Part shown: piece after piece, positions 32,948 through 43,085 of the stretch
How positions within the stretch are numbered: position 1 is the first letter of the stretch
Layout: every line of letters starts with the position of its first letter
From: Paracoccaceae bacterium
GTDB taxonomy: Bacteria > Pseudomonadota > Alphaproteobacteria > Rhodobacterales > Rhodobacteraceae
Reading direction: 5' to 3'
Assembly (NCBI GenBank): GCA_014654775.1
Contig: JACVZW010000071.1
Location: forward strand, 58,465 to 122,464
Length of the DNA stretch: 64,000 nucleotides
Notes under the pieces: model-generated
Database searches by the model: none
Told to the model about the DNA's origin: nothing
The model's input: the letters and a program-made list of their open reading frames with translations, nothing else
Made by a program: the position numbers and the translations under genes

Positions 32948-33116
32948 CCGCCCGCCCCCCCGACATCGCCTCCGTCCGCGCCTCAACCTCGGCCAGCCGC
33001 CGCTTCACGCGCCGCCCCTGCCACACCGTCAGCCCCACGATCAGCGCCAAAAGCAGCAGCGAAGCCGCATAGGAGGACAGGACCTCGAAAGCATATTTCC
33101 CCAAGTCCGGCATCAT
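32940..33116 (-). CDS. ccmD: Heme exporter protein CcmD (HelD)
   Basis: Not in the ORF track. Hand translation gives MMPDLGKYAFEVLSSYAASLLLLALIVGLTVWQGRRVKRRLAEVEARTEAMSGGRADG: one TM helix plus a basic tail. ATGA overlap with the ccmC stop. Confidence 0.7.
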   Translation of the reverse strand: MMPDLGKYAFEVLSSYAASLLLLALIVGLTVWQGRRVKRRLAEVEARTEAMSGGRADG

Positions 33117-33841
33117 GCCAGCCGCTCCCGCGCCAACAGAGCCTGCAACCGCCGCGCCCTGATCTCGGTCCGCGTCCGCATCAGGACCAGCGCCACGAAC
33201 AACAGGACAAAGCCACCGATGCAGACCAGCAGCGGAAACCAGAACACATCCGCCACATTCTCCTCCTTATCAAGCGACAGCGACGCCCCTTGATGCAGCC
33301 CCTGATTCCAGAACAAGACCGCATAGCGCGACAACAGCGCAAAGACCGATCCCACCAGACAGAGCACCGCCGTCAGGTCCGCCGCCGTATCGGGGTTCTC
33401 GATCGCCTCCCACAGCGCGATATAGCCCATGTAGAACAGCGTCAGGATCAGAAAGGACGTCAGCCGCGGGTCCCAGGCCCACCACGTCCCCCACATCGGC
33501 TGCCCCCACAGCGCCCCCGTCACCAGCGCGATCACCGTAAAGGTCAACCCGACAGGCGCCGCCGCCTTGGCGGCCAGCGCGCTCACATGATGCCGCCGCA
33601 CCAGCCAGATCAGGCTCGTCACCAGCATCATCACCCAAGCATTGATCGCCATCATCGCGGCGGGCACATGCAGATAGATGATCTTCACGGTCGATCCCTG
33701 CCGGAAATCATCCGGCGTGAAGAAGAACCCCCAGATCAGCCCCGCCACCAGCGACAGCACCGCCAGCCCCATCACCCAAGGCAGCGCCCAGGCCGAGGTC
33801 TGCATGAATTTCTTCGGATTGGCATATTCCCAGATCGACAT
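33113..33841 (-). CDS. ccmC: Heme exporter protein CcmC (HelC)
   Basis: 242 aa polytopic protein with the WGxxWxWD tryptophan-rich motif (WGTWWAWDPRL). Confidence 0.92.
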   Translation of the reverse strand: MSIWEYANPKKFMQTSAWALPWVMGLAVLSLVAGLIWGFFFTPDDFRQGSTVKIIYLHVPAAMMAINAWVMMLVTSLIWLVRRHHVSALAAKAAAPVGLTFTVIALVTGALWGQPMWGTWWAWDPRLTSFLILTLFYMGYIALWEAIENPDTAADLTAVLCLVGSVFALLSRYAVLFWNQGLHQGASLSLDKEENVADVFWFPLLVCIGGFVLLFVALVLMRTRTEIRARRLQALLARERLA

Positions 33842-33896
33842 GCGCCTTCCCTAATCCCTCGCCCCCAAAGCCTCAATTCACTATCACGCGCGCGGC

Positions 33897-34553
33897 CTAT
33901 CGCAGATTGACGCGGATTGCCGCAGCCGCCGCGAAAGGCAACAGCGCCGCCGCCCCCAGCGTGATCCCCGCCAGCAGCAGCAGCGGCACCACCACCTCCA
34001 GCCCCGCCGCACCCCGTTTCACCACCTCCGCCCCGAAGATCAGCGTCGGCACGTAAAGCGGCAGCACCAAGAGCGACAGGAGCAACCCCCCCCGCTTCAC
34101 CCCCACCACCAGCGCCGCGCCAAAGGCCCCGATCACCGAAAGCGCAGGCGTCCCCAGCAGCAGCGACAGCACCAACCAGCCATAGCCCTCCACCGGCAGG
34201 TTCAACAGAACCCCCAGCACCGGCGCCACGGCGGTCAGCGGCAACCCCGTCACCAGCCAATGCGCAAGCGCCTTCACCGCCACCACCGCCTCCAGCGGCA
34301 TGGGGCTCGTCGCCAGCAGGTCCAGCGACCCATCCTCGAAATCCAGCGCAAAGATACGGTCCAAGGACAGCAGGCAGGACAGCAGCGCCCCCACCCACAG
34401 GATGCCCGGCGCGATCTTGCCCAGAACACCACCCTCCGGCCCCACGCCCAAAGGCACCAGCACCGCCAGCAGCAGGAAAAAGGCCAGCCCCAGCCCGAAC
34501 CCGCCCCCGGCCCGCATCGCCAGCCGCAGGTCCCGGCTCAGAAGTGCGCCCAT
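33897..34553 (-). CDS. ccmB: Heme exporter protein CcmB (HelB)
   Basis: 218 aa, six TM helices; positioned between ccmA and ccmC. Confidence 0.9.
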   Translation of the reverse strand: MGALLSRDLRLAMRAGGGFGLGLAFFLLLAVLVPLGVGPEGGVLGKIAPGILWVGALLSCLLSLDRIFALDFEDGSLDLLATSPMPLEAVVAVKALAHWLVTGLPLTAVAPVLGVLLNLPVEGYGWLVLSLLLGTPALSVIGAFGAALVVGVKRGGLLLSLLVLPLYVPTLIFGAEVVKRGAAGLEVVVPLLLLAGITLGAAALLPFAAAAAIRVNLR

Positions 34554-34635
34554 GACGCCCCCCCGGCTTCATCTTGGCCCAAATACTCACTGCACCGGTC
34601 GACACCAGACGCAACGCCGAAGAGAAGCCCTGCGC

Positions 34636-35265
34636 TCATCCGAAGGCCTCGTCAAACTGCCCGATCCGCCCGCCCGCCGCAGGCGCCTTGGCGCGATAAG
34701 GCGACAGGTCCAGAACCCCCGCCTCCGCCAGCCCCAGATCGATATGCGTGGCCATCAGCGCCGCCCCGCCCGCCGCCAGATGCGCCCGGACGACCGAACC
34801 GAACAGCGCAACCGACCCCGCATCCAGCGACACCGTCGGCTCATCCAGCAGCCAGATCGCCCGCCCGGTGACCAGCAGCCGCGCCAGACCCAGCCGCCGC
34901 TTCTGCCCCGCCGACAGGTTCGCCGCCATCCGTCCGCGCAGGCCGCGCAGGTCCATCGCTTCCAGCGCCGTCTCCACCGCGCCCGTGCCATGGATCGCGG
35001 CCCAAAACCGAAGGTTCTCCTCCACCGTCAGCACGGCCTTCAACCCATCGGCATGGGCCGCATAGGCGATGCTTTCCGCAGGCACCGACACGCGCCCCGC
35101 CAGCGCCGGCTGCAATCCAGCCAGCGTGCGCAGAAGCGTGGTCTTGCCCACCCCGTTCGGGCCCCGCAGGATCAGCGCGGCGCCTGCCACCAGCCGGAAG
35201 GACAGCCCCTCCAGCACCGGCACGCCACCGCGCGCCACGGCCAGATCCTCGACGATCATCTCCAT
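34636..35265 (-). CDS. ccmA: Cytochrome c biogenesis ATP-binding export protein CcmA (HelA)
   Basis: [16 protein letters not shown] Walker [15 protein letters not shown] signature, LLDEP Walker B. Start at ATG 35265 or 35259; the latter has better Shine-Dalgarno spacing. Confidence 0.9.
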   Translation of the reverse strand: MEMIVEDLAVARGGVPVLEGLSFRLVAGAALILRGPNGVGKTTLLRTLAGLQPALAGRVSVPAESIAYAAHADGLKAVLTVEENLRFWAAIHGTGAVETALEAMDLRGLRGRMAANLSAGQKRRLGLARLLVTGRAIWLLDEPTVSLDAGSVALFGSVVRAHLAAGGAALMATHIDLGLAEAGVLDLSPYRAKAPAAGGRIGQFDEAFG

Positions 35266-35290
35266 CCTTCGCCCCCGCCCCTCGGGCGGG

Positions 35291-35348
35291 CCGAAAAATC
35301 TTCGTACGAAGATTTTTCGCGAAAAGTTTTCGCAGAAAACTTTTCGCC
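35291..35348. repeat. Repeat family B, copy B2
   Basis: CGAAAAATCTTCGTACGAAGATTTTTCG, a 28-bp palindrome, plus GCGAAAAGTTTTCGCAGAAAACTTTTCGC. It lies between the Mth938-like stop and the ccmA start. Confidence 0.8.
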
Positions 35349-35356
35349 CGGACGCG

Positions 35357-35731
35357 TCACGACGCGTCCCCCACAGGCAGAACAGGCAGCAAGGCCGCCG
35401 CGATCCTCCGCCCCTCGCCCAGAAGCACATTATAGGTGCGGCAGGCGGCGGGCGAGGACATCACCTCGACCCCGATCCCCGCCTCTTCCAGCGCCGCGCG
35501 AAAGGCGCGCGGCGGATGGCCGATCTCGGCACCCATGCCCAGCAGCAGCACATCGATCCGCCCCACCATGGCCAGCGGTGTCTCCGTGTCGGACAGCCCG
35601 CCCCAAAGCCCGGCATCCCACGGCGTGATCAGGCAGGCCCCGCGCAGCACATGCCCGCCCACGCGGAAGAAGCCGGGGCCATAACCCTCCACCGGCTGCG
35701 CGCTGCCATAGCTGATTTCGGTCAGGCGCAT
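35357..35731 (-). CDS. Mth938-like (DUF498 / NDUFAF3-like) domain protein
   Basis: 124 aa with I..Y....F.V.G......L.. and the IDVLLLGMG...P region typical of this family. Confidence 0.55.
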   Translation of the reverse strand: MRLTEISYGSAQPVEGYGPGFFRVGGHVLRGACLITPWDAGLWGGLSDTETPLAMVGRIDVLLLGMGAEIGHPPRAFRAALEEAGIGVEVMSSPAACRTYNVLLGEGRRIAAALLPVLPVGDAS

Positions 35732-35753
35732 GCGCCCTCCTCAGGCCGCCACA

Positions 35754-36728
35754 TCAGGCATCCACATGGGCGAAATCATCCGGCGTGCCCTTGTTCTTCG
35801 GCTTCTCGCTCCGGTCCAGCCCGATCATCAGCACGATGTTCTTGGCCACATAGACCGAGGAATAGGTCCCAAAGACGATCCCCACGAAGATTGAGAAACA
35901 GAAGCCGCGAATCACGTCTCCGCCAAAGACCATCATGATTCCCACCGCGATCAGCGTGGTGACAGAGGTCATCAGCGTACGACTCAGCGTTTCGTTCACC
36001 GACAGGTTCATCACGTCCCGCAAGGGCATGGTCTTGTACTTCTGCAGATTCTCCCGCAGCCGATCGAACACCACCACCGTGTCATTGATCGAATAGCCGA
36101 GGATCGTCAGCAGCCCCGCAATGATGGTCAGGTCGAACTTGATCTGGAACAGCGCGAAAATGCCGATGGTGATGAAAACGTCATGCAGCAAGGCCAGCAC
36201 CGCCCCCAGCGCATACTGCCATTCGAACCGCATCCAGATATAGGCCAGCACCCCAAGCGAGGTCAGCGCCACCGCGATGATCGACCCCCAGACCAACTCG
36301 CCTGAAACCTTAGGCCCCACGCTTTCCACACTGGGAAAGGTCATCGCCGGATCGATGGTCCGCAGCGCCGCTTCCACGGCGGCGATGGTTTCTGGCGTCA
36401 CCGCCTCGGTCGCATCCAGCGCGGCAATGCGCACCATCGCCACATTCTGATCGGGACCGAAGGACGGATCGAACACTTCGGTGATCGACACGTCGCCCAA
36501 AGGCAGGACCTCCAGCGCCGCGCGATAGGCACCCACATCCACGGGCATCGCGCTTTCCGTCCGGATCGTCGTGCCGCCCTTGAAATCGATCCCGAAATTC
36601 AGCCCCATCACCGCCCAGGCGACGAAGGCCAGAACCATAAGCAGCATGGACCCGCCGAAGGTGATCCACTGAAAGCGGAAGAAATCGAAACTGGTCTTTT
36701 CCGGTGCAAGCCGCAGTCGCCAGGCCAT
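35754..36728 (-). CDS. secF: Protein translocase subunit SecF
   Basis: 324 aa, GIDFKGGT, six TM helices. Confidence 0.93.
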   Translation of the reverse strand: MAWRLRLAPEKTSFDFFRFQWITFGGSMLLMVLAFVAWAVMGLNFGIDFKGGTTIRTESAMPVDVGAYRAALEVLPLGDVSITEVFDPSFGPDQNVAMVRIAALDATEAVTPETIAAVEAALRTIDPAMTFPSVESVGPKVSGELVWGSIIAVALTSLGVLAYIWMRFEWQYALGAVLALLHDVFITIGIFALFQIKFDLTIIAGLLTILGYSINDTVVVFDRLRENLQKYKTMPLRDVMNLSVNETLSRTLMTSVTTLIAVGIMMVFGGDVIRGFCFSIFVGIVFGTYSSVYVAKNIVLMIGLDRSEKPKNKGTPDDFAHVDA

Positions 36729-36738
36729 TCCGCCCTCC

Positions 36739-38421
36739 TTACACGATCACGGTGCTGGGCTTGCGCAGCCCATACCAGATTTCCACCATCTGCCGCGTCA
36801 CATAGAGCGCCGTGAAGACCGACGTCACGATCCCGATGGCCAGCGTCACGGCAAAGCCCCGGACCGGCCCCGCCCCCATCGTGAACAAGACGGCAGAGGT
36901 GATCAGCGTCGTCAGGTTCGCGTCGATGATGGCCGACAGGGCCCGCTCATACCCAATCTCGATCGCCCGGGCAGCCGATTTGGCATTCTTCAATTCCTCG
37001 CGGATGCGCTCAAAGACCAGCACATTCGCATCCACCGCCATCCCGATGATCAGCACGATCCCCGCGATCCCCGGCAGGGTCAGCGTCCCGCCGATGGCCG
37101 ACAGGATGCCGAAGATCATCGCCATGTTCAGCGCCAGAGACAGCACCGCGAACACCCCGAAGGTGCCATAGGAGGCGATCATGAACAGACTCACCGCCAC
37201 CATCGCGATCACCGCCGCAACGCGGCCTGCATCGATCGAATCCTGCCCGAGTTCCGGCCCGATGGTCCGCTCCTCAAGGAAGGTCATGCTCGCAGGCAAG
37301 GCCCCCGCCGAGAGCAGCACCGCCAGACGGTTCGCCTCTTCCACCGTGAAATTCCCGGTGATGATCCCCGACCCGCCCGGAATATGGCTCTGGATCACGG
37401 GGGCAGAGATCACCTTGCCGTCAAGCACGATGGCGAAGGGCGCGCCGATGTTCTGCGCGGTGTAATCGCCAAAGGCCCGCGCGCCCCGCGCATCGAACTG
37501 AAAGGCCACCGCAGGCCGCCCGTTCTGATCGAAATCGCCCTTGGCATTGGTCAGATCCTCGCCCGAAACGACGGGCACTTCCTCGACCGTGTACCAGACA
37601 TTCTCTTCGTCCAGCGACGGCAGGCTCACATTGCCCGGCCCCGGCGTCTGATCCTCGCTCGTGCCGCGCCGCACCACCGGGTTAAAGCTCAGCTTCGCCG
37701 TCGTCCCGATCAGCGCCTTCAATTCCGCCGCCGACCCGATCCCCGGCACCTGAATCAGGATGCGGTCCGCCCCCTGCCGCTGGATCGTCGGCTCCCGCGT
37801 CCCGGCCTGATCGACCCGCGTGCGGATGATCTCCAGCGATTGTTGGATGGTCCGCAGATCCACTGCCTCGCGCTCCGGCTCCGACAGCTGCACGATCAGC
37901 ACATCGCCCTCGGCCGTCACGTCGATATCCGTCTGCCCCACCCCGGTCAGCGTCACGACATTCGACGCCAGCGCCCGCACCGCCTCTACCGCTGCCGCCA
38001 TGCCCTCGGGCGTCTCGATCTGCACGCGCAACTCATAAGCGACCTGCGTCGGCTGCCGCCGCACGCTGCCCACCTGATCGCGCACCTCGCGCAGGGCGTC
38101 GCGCACCTCCGGCCACCACGCATCCATCCGCGCCTTGTAGACGTCGGCCACCTCCACCTCGGCCAGCAGATGCGCCCCCCCGCGCAGGTCAAGGCCAAGG
38201 TTCACCAGACCCGACGGCATCCAACCGGGCCACTGATCCAGTGCCGCCTGCTGCTCGGTCGTGGCGAACCCCGCCTCCTCCACCGCCGCGGCGGCGTCGT
38301 TATGCGACTCCACCTGCGTGTAAAAGACGTTCGGCACCGACAGCAGAAGGCCCACCCCGACCAGCGCCCAGATCAGGGTCCGCTTCCACAGCGGCGTTCT
38401 CGTCATGGGGAGGTATTGCAT
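36739..38421 (-). CDS. secD: Protein translocase subunit SecD
   Basis: 560 aa with LGLDLRGGAHLL, a large periplasmic loop and a C-terminal six-TM block. An alternative start is ATG 38406. Confidence 0.93.
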   Translation of the reverse strand: MQYLPMTRTPLWKRTLIWALVGVGLLLSVPNVFYTQVESHNDAAAAVEEAGFATTEQQAALDQWPGWMPSGLVNLGLDLRGGAHLLAEVEVADVYKARMDAWWPEVRDALREVRDQVGSVRRQPTQVAYELRVQIETPEGMAAAVEAVRALASNVVTLTGVGQTDIDVTAEGDVLIVQLSEPEREAVDLRTIQQSLEIIRTRVDQAGTREPTIQRQGADRILIQVPGIGSAAELKALIGTTAKLSFNPVVRRGTSEDQTPGPGNVSLPSLDEENVWYTVEEVPVVSGEDLTNAKGDFDQNGRPAVAFQFDARGARAFGDYTAQNIGAPFAIVLDGKVISAPVIQSHIPGGSGIITGNFTVEEANRLAVLLSAGALPASMTFLEERTIGPELGQDSIDAGRVAAVIAMVAVSLFMIASYGTFGVFAVLSLALNMAMIFGILSAIGGTLTLPGIAGIVLIIGMAVDANVLVFERIREELKNAKSAARAIEIGYERALSAIIDANLTTLITSAVLFTMGAGPVRGFAVTLAIGIVTSVFTALYVTRQMVEIWYGLRKPSTVIV

Positions 38422-38440
38422 CGCGCCCGTCCGTCCCGGC

Positions 38441-38767
38441 TCAGGCCGCAGCCGGTTCGGTCTTGCTCATCACCTGCACGATGGTGTGGCGCATGACCTT
38501 CACCTTCACGTTCTCGGCGATTTCCACTTCCAACTGGCCGTCTTCCTGCACCTTGGTCACCTTGCCGACGATGCCGCCCTGCGTCAGCACCTGGTCACCG
38601 CGCCGCAGCGCCTCCACCATCGCCTTGTGTTCCTTCATCTTCTTCTGCTGCGGACGGATCAGCAGGAAATACATGATCGCGAAGATCAGGATCAGCGGAA
38701 CGAAAGAGGCAAAAGCGGAACCGGCACCGGCACCGGCGGCTTGGGCATAGGCGGGGGTTGCGAACAT
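38441..38767 (-). CDS. yajC: Preprotein translocase subunit YajC
   Basis: 108 aa with PLILIFAIMYFLLIRPQQKKMKEH. Start at ATG 38767. Confidence 0.9.
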   Translation of the reverse strand: MFATPAYAQAAGAGAGSAFASFVPLILIFAIMYFLLIRPQQKKMKEHKAMVEALRRGDQVLTQGGIVGKVTKVQEDGQLEVEIAENVKVKVMRHTIVQVMSKTEPAAA

Positions 38768-39035
38768 CGTGGCGTCCTCACTGTCTGATGTGGCCGGGGA
38801 ACCGCCCCGACGAATTTGCGCGCACCCTATAATCGGGGCCATGGGAAGGCAAGAAGCCGCCCGAACCCGCGCGGACACCCCACCCTCCCGGCCCATATAT
38901 GAACCGCCCCCGGATTTACCAGCCTTTCCGCAGCATCCAGAGCGCGGTCCCCATCGCCCCGGACCACCCCGCCCATAGCCAAGGTTGCCGACACAGGCGC
39001 GCCCGTCCGTAAAGGGGGGGCCACCCCACCGCGCC

Positions 39036-40670
39036 CTAGAACTCCAACCGCCCCTGCCGCGAGGCATCCTCCTCCCGCGCCGCCGCCCGGAAGGTGTCGC
39101 CCCGCCGCAACGGCAGGCGCACCGCCCGGTCACGCAGGCGCATCGCCTCTTCCACCGTCACGATCTGCACGCGCGGCACCGCGACGCCGTCCACCTCCAC
39201 CTGCCCCGCACTCGCCGCCTCCTCCACCATGGGCCGCGTCGGCGGGGTCAGGGTCAGGAACACTGCAAGGTCTGCCTTCTGCCGATCCATCACCCCTTTC
39301 AGGTCGCCGATCATCGCGCGCCCCACATTGTCCCCGGCCTTGACCGACACGATCCCCCGCCCCGTGCGCCCGAAATAAAGGTTGCCGTCAAAGCCCCCAT
39401 CCGCCCCCCGCTTGCCAAGGTTCCCCGGCACCGCATCGATCAGGGACAGCGCCCATTTCTCGAACTCGAAGTAATAGCGCCCATCCGTCCGCCCCCTGCG
39501 CGCAAGGTCCTGCGCCGAGGCAAGGTCCTGCGGCACCCCCTGCGTGGTGAAGGCCACCCCCGGAAAGGCCTGCCGCAGGCGCTTTTCGATCAACCCGATG
39601 GCCAGATGGGTGACGTCGATCCCGATCCAGGCGCGGTAAAGCTTTTCCGCCGCATGGACGGTGGTGCCACAGCCGCAGAACGGGTCCAGCACCACATCGC
39701 CGGGATTGCTGGAGGCGTTGAGGATACGCTCCAACAGCGCGACGGGTTTCTGGGTGGGGTAGCCGAGGCGTTCTTGGGCTTGGGAGTTGAGGGGCGGGAT
39801 GTCGGTCCAAATGGTGCCCATAACGCCACCCGATTGCTCGTTTAGGTATCGCTTTAGCTGAGGCCTCTTTGATACATCAACTTCTCCACTTCGATTGCGG
39901 GGATACCAAACTCGACCCTCGGAGTCCAAACGCGCCATAGTTTCCAGCGAGTATCGCCATCCCTTTGGCGGGCTTTCATGCCCTTTCCATGCATACATCA
40001 TGTTCGGGCGTGGATTCGGGCTTGTCATGTTGTCAAGCCGGTAGCGTCCCCTTCCGTCGCCATCGTCGTAACGATACTTGTCGGTCAAATACTCTTCCGA
40101 ATGCGGTTCCCTTGGCGTGTTCCAAGAAAATGAGTCTGACTTCGAGAAGAAGAAAATCTTGTCTGCTACCTTGCTCCAAGTCTTGCTGTCACTATGAGTT
40201 GTCGTCCGCTTCCATGTTATCTCGTTCTGATATCCCTTCCCCCCAAACACCGCATCCAGCAACACCTTCAGGTAATGGCTCGCCGTCGGGTCGCAGTGGA
40301 GATAGAGGCTCCCTGTCGGCTTCAGCACCCGGTGCAATTCGATAAGCCGCACCGCCATCATGGCCAGATAGGCCATCATGTCATTCTCGCCCAAAAAGCC
40401 CCGCATCGCGCGCAGCATCTCTGCCGCCGCCGCGTTCCCAGACCGCATCACGTCCGTATAGGCCTCTTCCGCGCTTTCGCCCCAGTGCCATGTGTCGTCA
40501 AAGGCCTGAATCTGCGCCGCCGCCTCCTGCCCCTGCGGGGACTTGAACAGCACGTTATAGCTCGCATTCGAATTGAACGGCGGGTCGAGGTAGATCAGGT
40601 CCACCGTCTCGGCCCGGATGCTCTCGCGCAGCACCGCGAGGTTGTCGCCATAGTACAACGTATTCACCAT
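39036..40670 (-). CDS. Beta-class N6-adenine/N4-cytosine DNA methyltransferase fused to a C-terminal PD-(D/E)xK (Mrr-like) nuclease-fold domain
   Basis: Motif [13 protein letters not shown] at the N-terminus; motif [20 protein letters not shown] after a ~130-aa variable region. The C-terminal ~190 aa carries FE..KW...L.....[10 protein letters not shown]...GIVSVKAG...L.G.....KADLAVFLT. No separate restriction gene lies adjacent. Confidence 0.85.
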   Translation of the reverse strand: MVNTLYYGDNLAVLRESIRAETVDLIYLDPPFNSNASYNVLFKSPQGQEAAAQIQAFDDTWHWGESAEEAYTDVMRSGNAAAAEMLRAMRGFLGENDMMAYLAMMAVRLIELHRVLKPTGSLYLHCDPTASHYLKVLLDAVFGGKGYQNEITWKRTTTHSDSKTWSKVADKIFFFSKSDSFSWNTPREPHSEEYLTDKYRYDDGDGRGRYRLDNMTSPNPRPNMMYAWKGHESPPKGWRYSLETMARLDSEGRVWYPRNRSGEVDVSKRPQLKRYLNEQSGGVMGTIWTDIPPLNSQAQERLGYPTQKPVALLERILNASSNPGDVVLDPFCGCGTTVHAAEKLYRAWIGIDVTHLAIGLIEKRLRQAFPGVAFTTQGVPQDLASAQDLARRGRTDGRYYFEFEKWALSLIDAVPGNLGKRGADGGFDGNLYFGRTGRGIVSVKAGDNVGRAMIGDLKGVMDRQKADLAVFLTLTPPTRPMVEEAASAGQVEVDGVAVPRVQIVTVEEAMRLRDRAVRLPLRRGDTFRAAAREEDASRQGRLEF

Positions 40671-40890
40671 TCACCCACTCCGCGCCGCATGGGCGGCATC
40701 ACTCGCACAAAACCTTCAACCGCAGGTTAACCCACCCGCGCCGCCCGTCAACATCAGGCCAACCCCGTCTCGGGACCTCCCGCTCCCCCCGCCCGCAGAC
40801 TGGCCCCCTCCACCACCGCCGGCCCCTTTCTGTGCACCCACGCACCCTTAACCAACTTTCGGCCCCCTCGCCTCTCGCAATTTGTATGTA

Positions 40891-40949
40891 CACTTTGCTG
40901 CACAGTTTGCGGCACAAAACAGGGCACAAGCTTTGTAGCCAGATCAAGC
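40891..40949 (+). repeat. Repeat family C, copy C2
   Basis: CACTTTGCTGCACAGTTTGCGGCACAAAACAGGGCACA...CCAGATCAAGC, in the same orientation as C1. It lies between the methyltransferase start and the serS start. Confidence 0.75.
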
Positions 40950-41023
40950 ACTTACCGCCCCCTTTCCCTTCTTCGCCAAAACGGGCATACCTGCCCCCGT
41001 TCACGAACCGCTAGGACAGGGCC

Positions 41024-42316
41024 ATGCACGACATCCGCGCCATCCGCGACAATCCCGCCGCCTTCGACGAAGGCCTGCGCCGCCGTGGCCTGCCCCCCGC
41101 CTCGCCCGAGATCCTTGCGCTGGACGCCGACCGCCGCGCCAAGATTGCCGCAGCTGAAAACGCCACCGCCGACCAGAACCGCGCCTCCAAGGATGTGGGG
41201 GCCGCCAAGGCCCGTGGAGACGATGCCGAATTCGAACGCCTCCGCGCGTTAGTGGCTGAAAAGAAAGCGGAAATTGCCCGCCTCACAGCCGAGGCAGAGG
41301 CGCAGGATGCCGCCCTGCGCGACATGCTGATGCGCATCCCGAACCTGCCTCACCCGGCTGTACCCGAAGGCCGCGACGAAGAGGACAATGTCGAAATCCG
41401 CTGCTGGGGCACGCCGCGTGCTTTCGACTTCAAGCCCTTGGAGCATTTCGACATTCCCGCCGTGAAACCGGGCATGGACTTTGAGGCGGCGGCAAAACTT
41501 TCCGGCTCCCGCTTCGTGGTGCTCAAGGGCGCCGTGATCCGCGTCCACCGCGCGCTGGCGCAGATGATGCTGGACACCCACATCACCGACCACGGCCTCA
41601 CCGAAACCTGGACCCCGGTCCTGGTGAAGGAAGACGCCATGTACGGCACCAACCAACTGCCGAAATTCGCTGAGGACAGCTATCAGACGACGAATGGCTG
41701 GTGGCTTGTCCCCACCTCCGAAGTCACCCTGACCAACATGGTCGCGGGCGATATTCTTGAAGAAAATCAACTCCCTCTGCGCATGACCGCACATACCCAA
41801 TGCTTCCGCTCCGAGGCGGGGTCTGCGGGCAAGGACACCACAGGCATGCTCCGCCAGCATCAGTTCGAAAAGGTCGAGATGGTGTCGATCACCACCCCCG
41901 ACAGCAGCATGGCCGAACATGACCGCATGACGCGCTGCGCCGAGGCGATCCTCGAAAAGCTGGACCTGCCTTACCGCACCATCGTGCTCTGCACCGGCGA
42001 CATGGGGTTCGGCGCGCAAAAGACCCATGATCTGGAAGTCTGGCTTCCCGGCCAGAACCGCTACCGCGAGATCAGCTCCGTCTCCGTCTGCGGCGATTTT
42101 CAGGCCCGCCGGATGAATGCTCGTTTCCGCCCCGCAGGCGGCGGAAAACCCGAATTCGTCCATACACTTAATGGCTCGGGTCTTGCCGTGGGCCGCACCC
42201 TTATCGCGGTGCTGGAAAACGGCCAGCAGGCCGACGGCTCTGTCACCCTGCCCGCCGCCTTGCACCCCTATCTCGGCGGCAAGACAAGCATCGCCCCCGA
42301 CGGCACGCTGGCATGA
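41024..42316 (+). CDS. serS: Serine-tRNA ligase
   Basis: [18 protein letters not shown] start, coiled-coil arm, class II core, 430 aa. Confidence 0.97.
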   Translation: MHDIRAIRDNPAAFDEGLRRRGLPPASPEILALDADRRAKIAAAENATADQNRASKDVGAAKARGDDAEFERLRALVAEKKAEIARLTAEAEAQDAALRDMLMRIPNLPHPAVPEGRDEEDNVEIRCWGTPRAFDFKPLEHFDIPAVKPGMDFEAAAKLSGSRFVVLKGAVIRVHRALAQMMLDTHITDHGLTETWTPVLVKEDAMYGTNQLPKFAEDSYQTTNGWWLVPTSEVTLTNMVAGDILEENQLPLRMTAHTQCFRSEAGSAGKDTTGMLRQHQFEKVEMVSITTPDSSMAEHDRMTRCAEAILEKLDLPYRTIVLCTGDMGFGAQKTHDLEVWLPGQNRYREISSVSVCGDFQARRMNARFRPAGGGKPEFVHTLNGSGLAVGRTLIAVLENGQQADGSVTLPAALHPYLGGKTSIAPDGTLA

Positions 42317-43020
42317 CCGCCCGCGCAATACTGCTCCTCTTTGTCACCCTCGCCTTCGGCGCGGCGCCCTTCCTGACGCCCCCGTTCCGGGGCTATGACC
42401 CCGCGCTCTTCCCGGTGCAGATCGCGCGGCCCTCCATTCAACCCGCAGGCTATGCCTTTGGAATCTGGAGCGTTATCTACCTCTGGCTCCTCGTCCATGC
42501 CGTCACGAGCATCTGGAAGCGCCGCGCCGTCGCAGCATGGGACCGCACGCGTTGGCCCCTGATCACGGCAATCGCCTTGGGCTCCGCATGGCTTTCCATC
42601 GCCCCGGTCGCCCCCATCGCCGCCACGGTGACGATCCTGATCATGGCCGCCGCCGCCGTCACGGCCTTCCTGCTGGCGGATACGGAAACCGACCGCTGGC
42701 TTCTCTCCGCCCCCACCGCGATCCTCGCAGGCTGGCTTTCCGCCGCCGCCGCCGTCTCCACGGGCGTGGTCATCGCGGGCTATGGCTGGCTCTCCGACAC
42801 GGGGGCTGCCTTGACCATGATCGCAGCCACCCTCGCGCTGGCCGCATGGGTGCAGCGCAGGAAACCCCGCATGCCGGTCTATGGCTTGACCGTGATCTGG
42901 GCCCTTGCGGGCATCGTCGTGGCCAATGCGGGTATCAACCCTGCCATCGCCATCGCCGCAGGTCTTGGCATCGGCGTCATGGCGCTGGTCCTCGGTCGCC
43001 AGGTTACCGTTACCCGCTAG
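42313..43020 (+). CDS. Polytopic membrane protein, possibly TspO/MBR-related
   Basis: 235 aa with 6-7 TM helices. [16 protein letters not shown] resembles TspO-type motifs. ATGA overlap with the serS stop. Confidence 0.4.
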   Translation: MTARAILLLFVTLAFGAAPFLTPPFRGYDPALFPVQIARPSIQPAGYAFGIWSVIYLWLLVHAVTSIWKRRAVAAWDRTRWPLITAIALGSAWLSIAPVAPIAATVTILIMAAAAVTAFLLADTETDRWLLSAPTAILAGWLSAAAAVSTGVVIAGYGWLSDTGAALTMIAATLALAAWVQRRKPRMPVYGLTVIWALAGIVVANAGINPAIAIAAGLGIGVMALVLGRQVTVTR

Positions 43021-43085
43021 GCTCTTTCACCTCGGGCCGAATACCCATGCGCCGCCCCTACTGGGCGCGGCCTCGGGGGGAAGGA

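Noticed and set aside
38826-38853. TATAAT on the plus strand, or CTTGCC-N16-TATAGG on the minus strand, upstream of yajC.
   Set aside because: The plus-strand TATAAT has no -35 element and no downstream plus-strand gene. The minus-strand reading is plausible for yajC but too weak and ambiguous to list as a feature.
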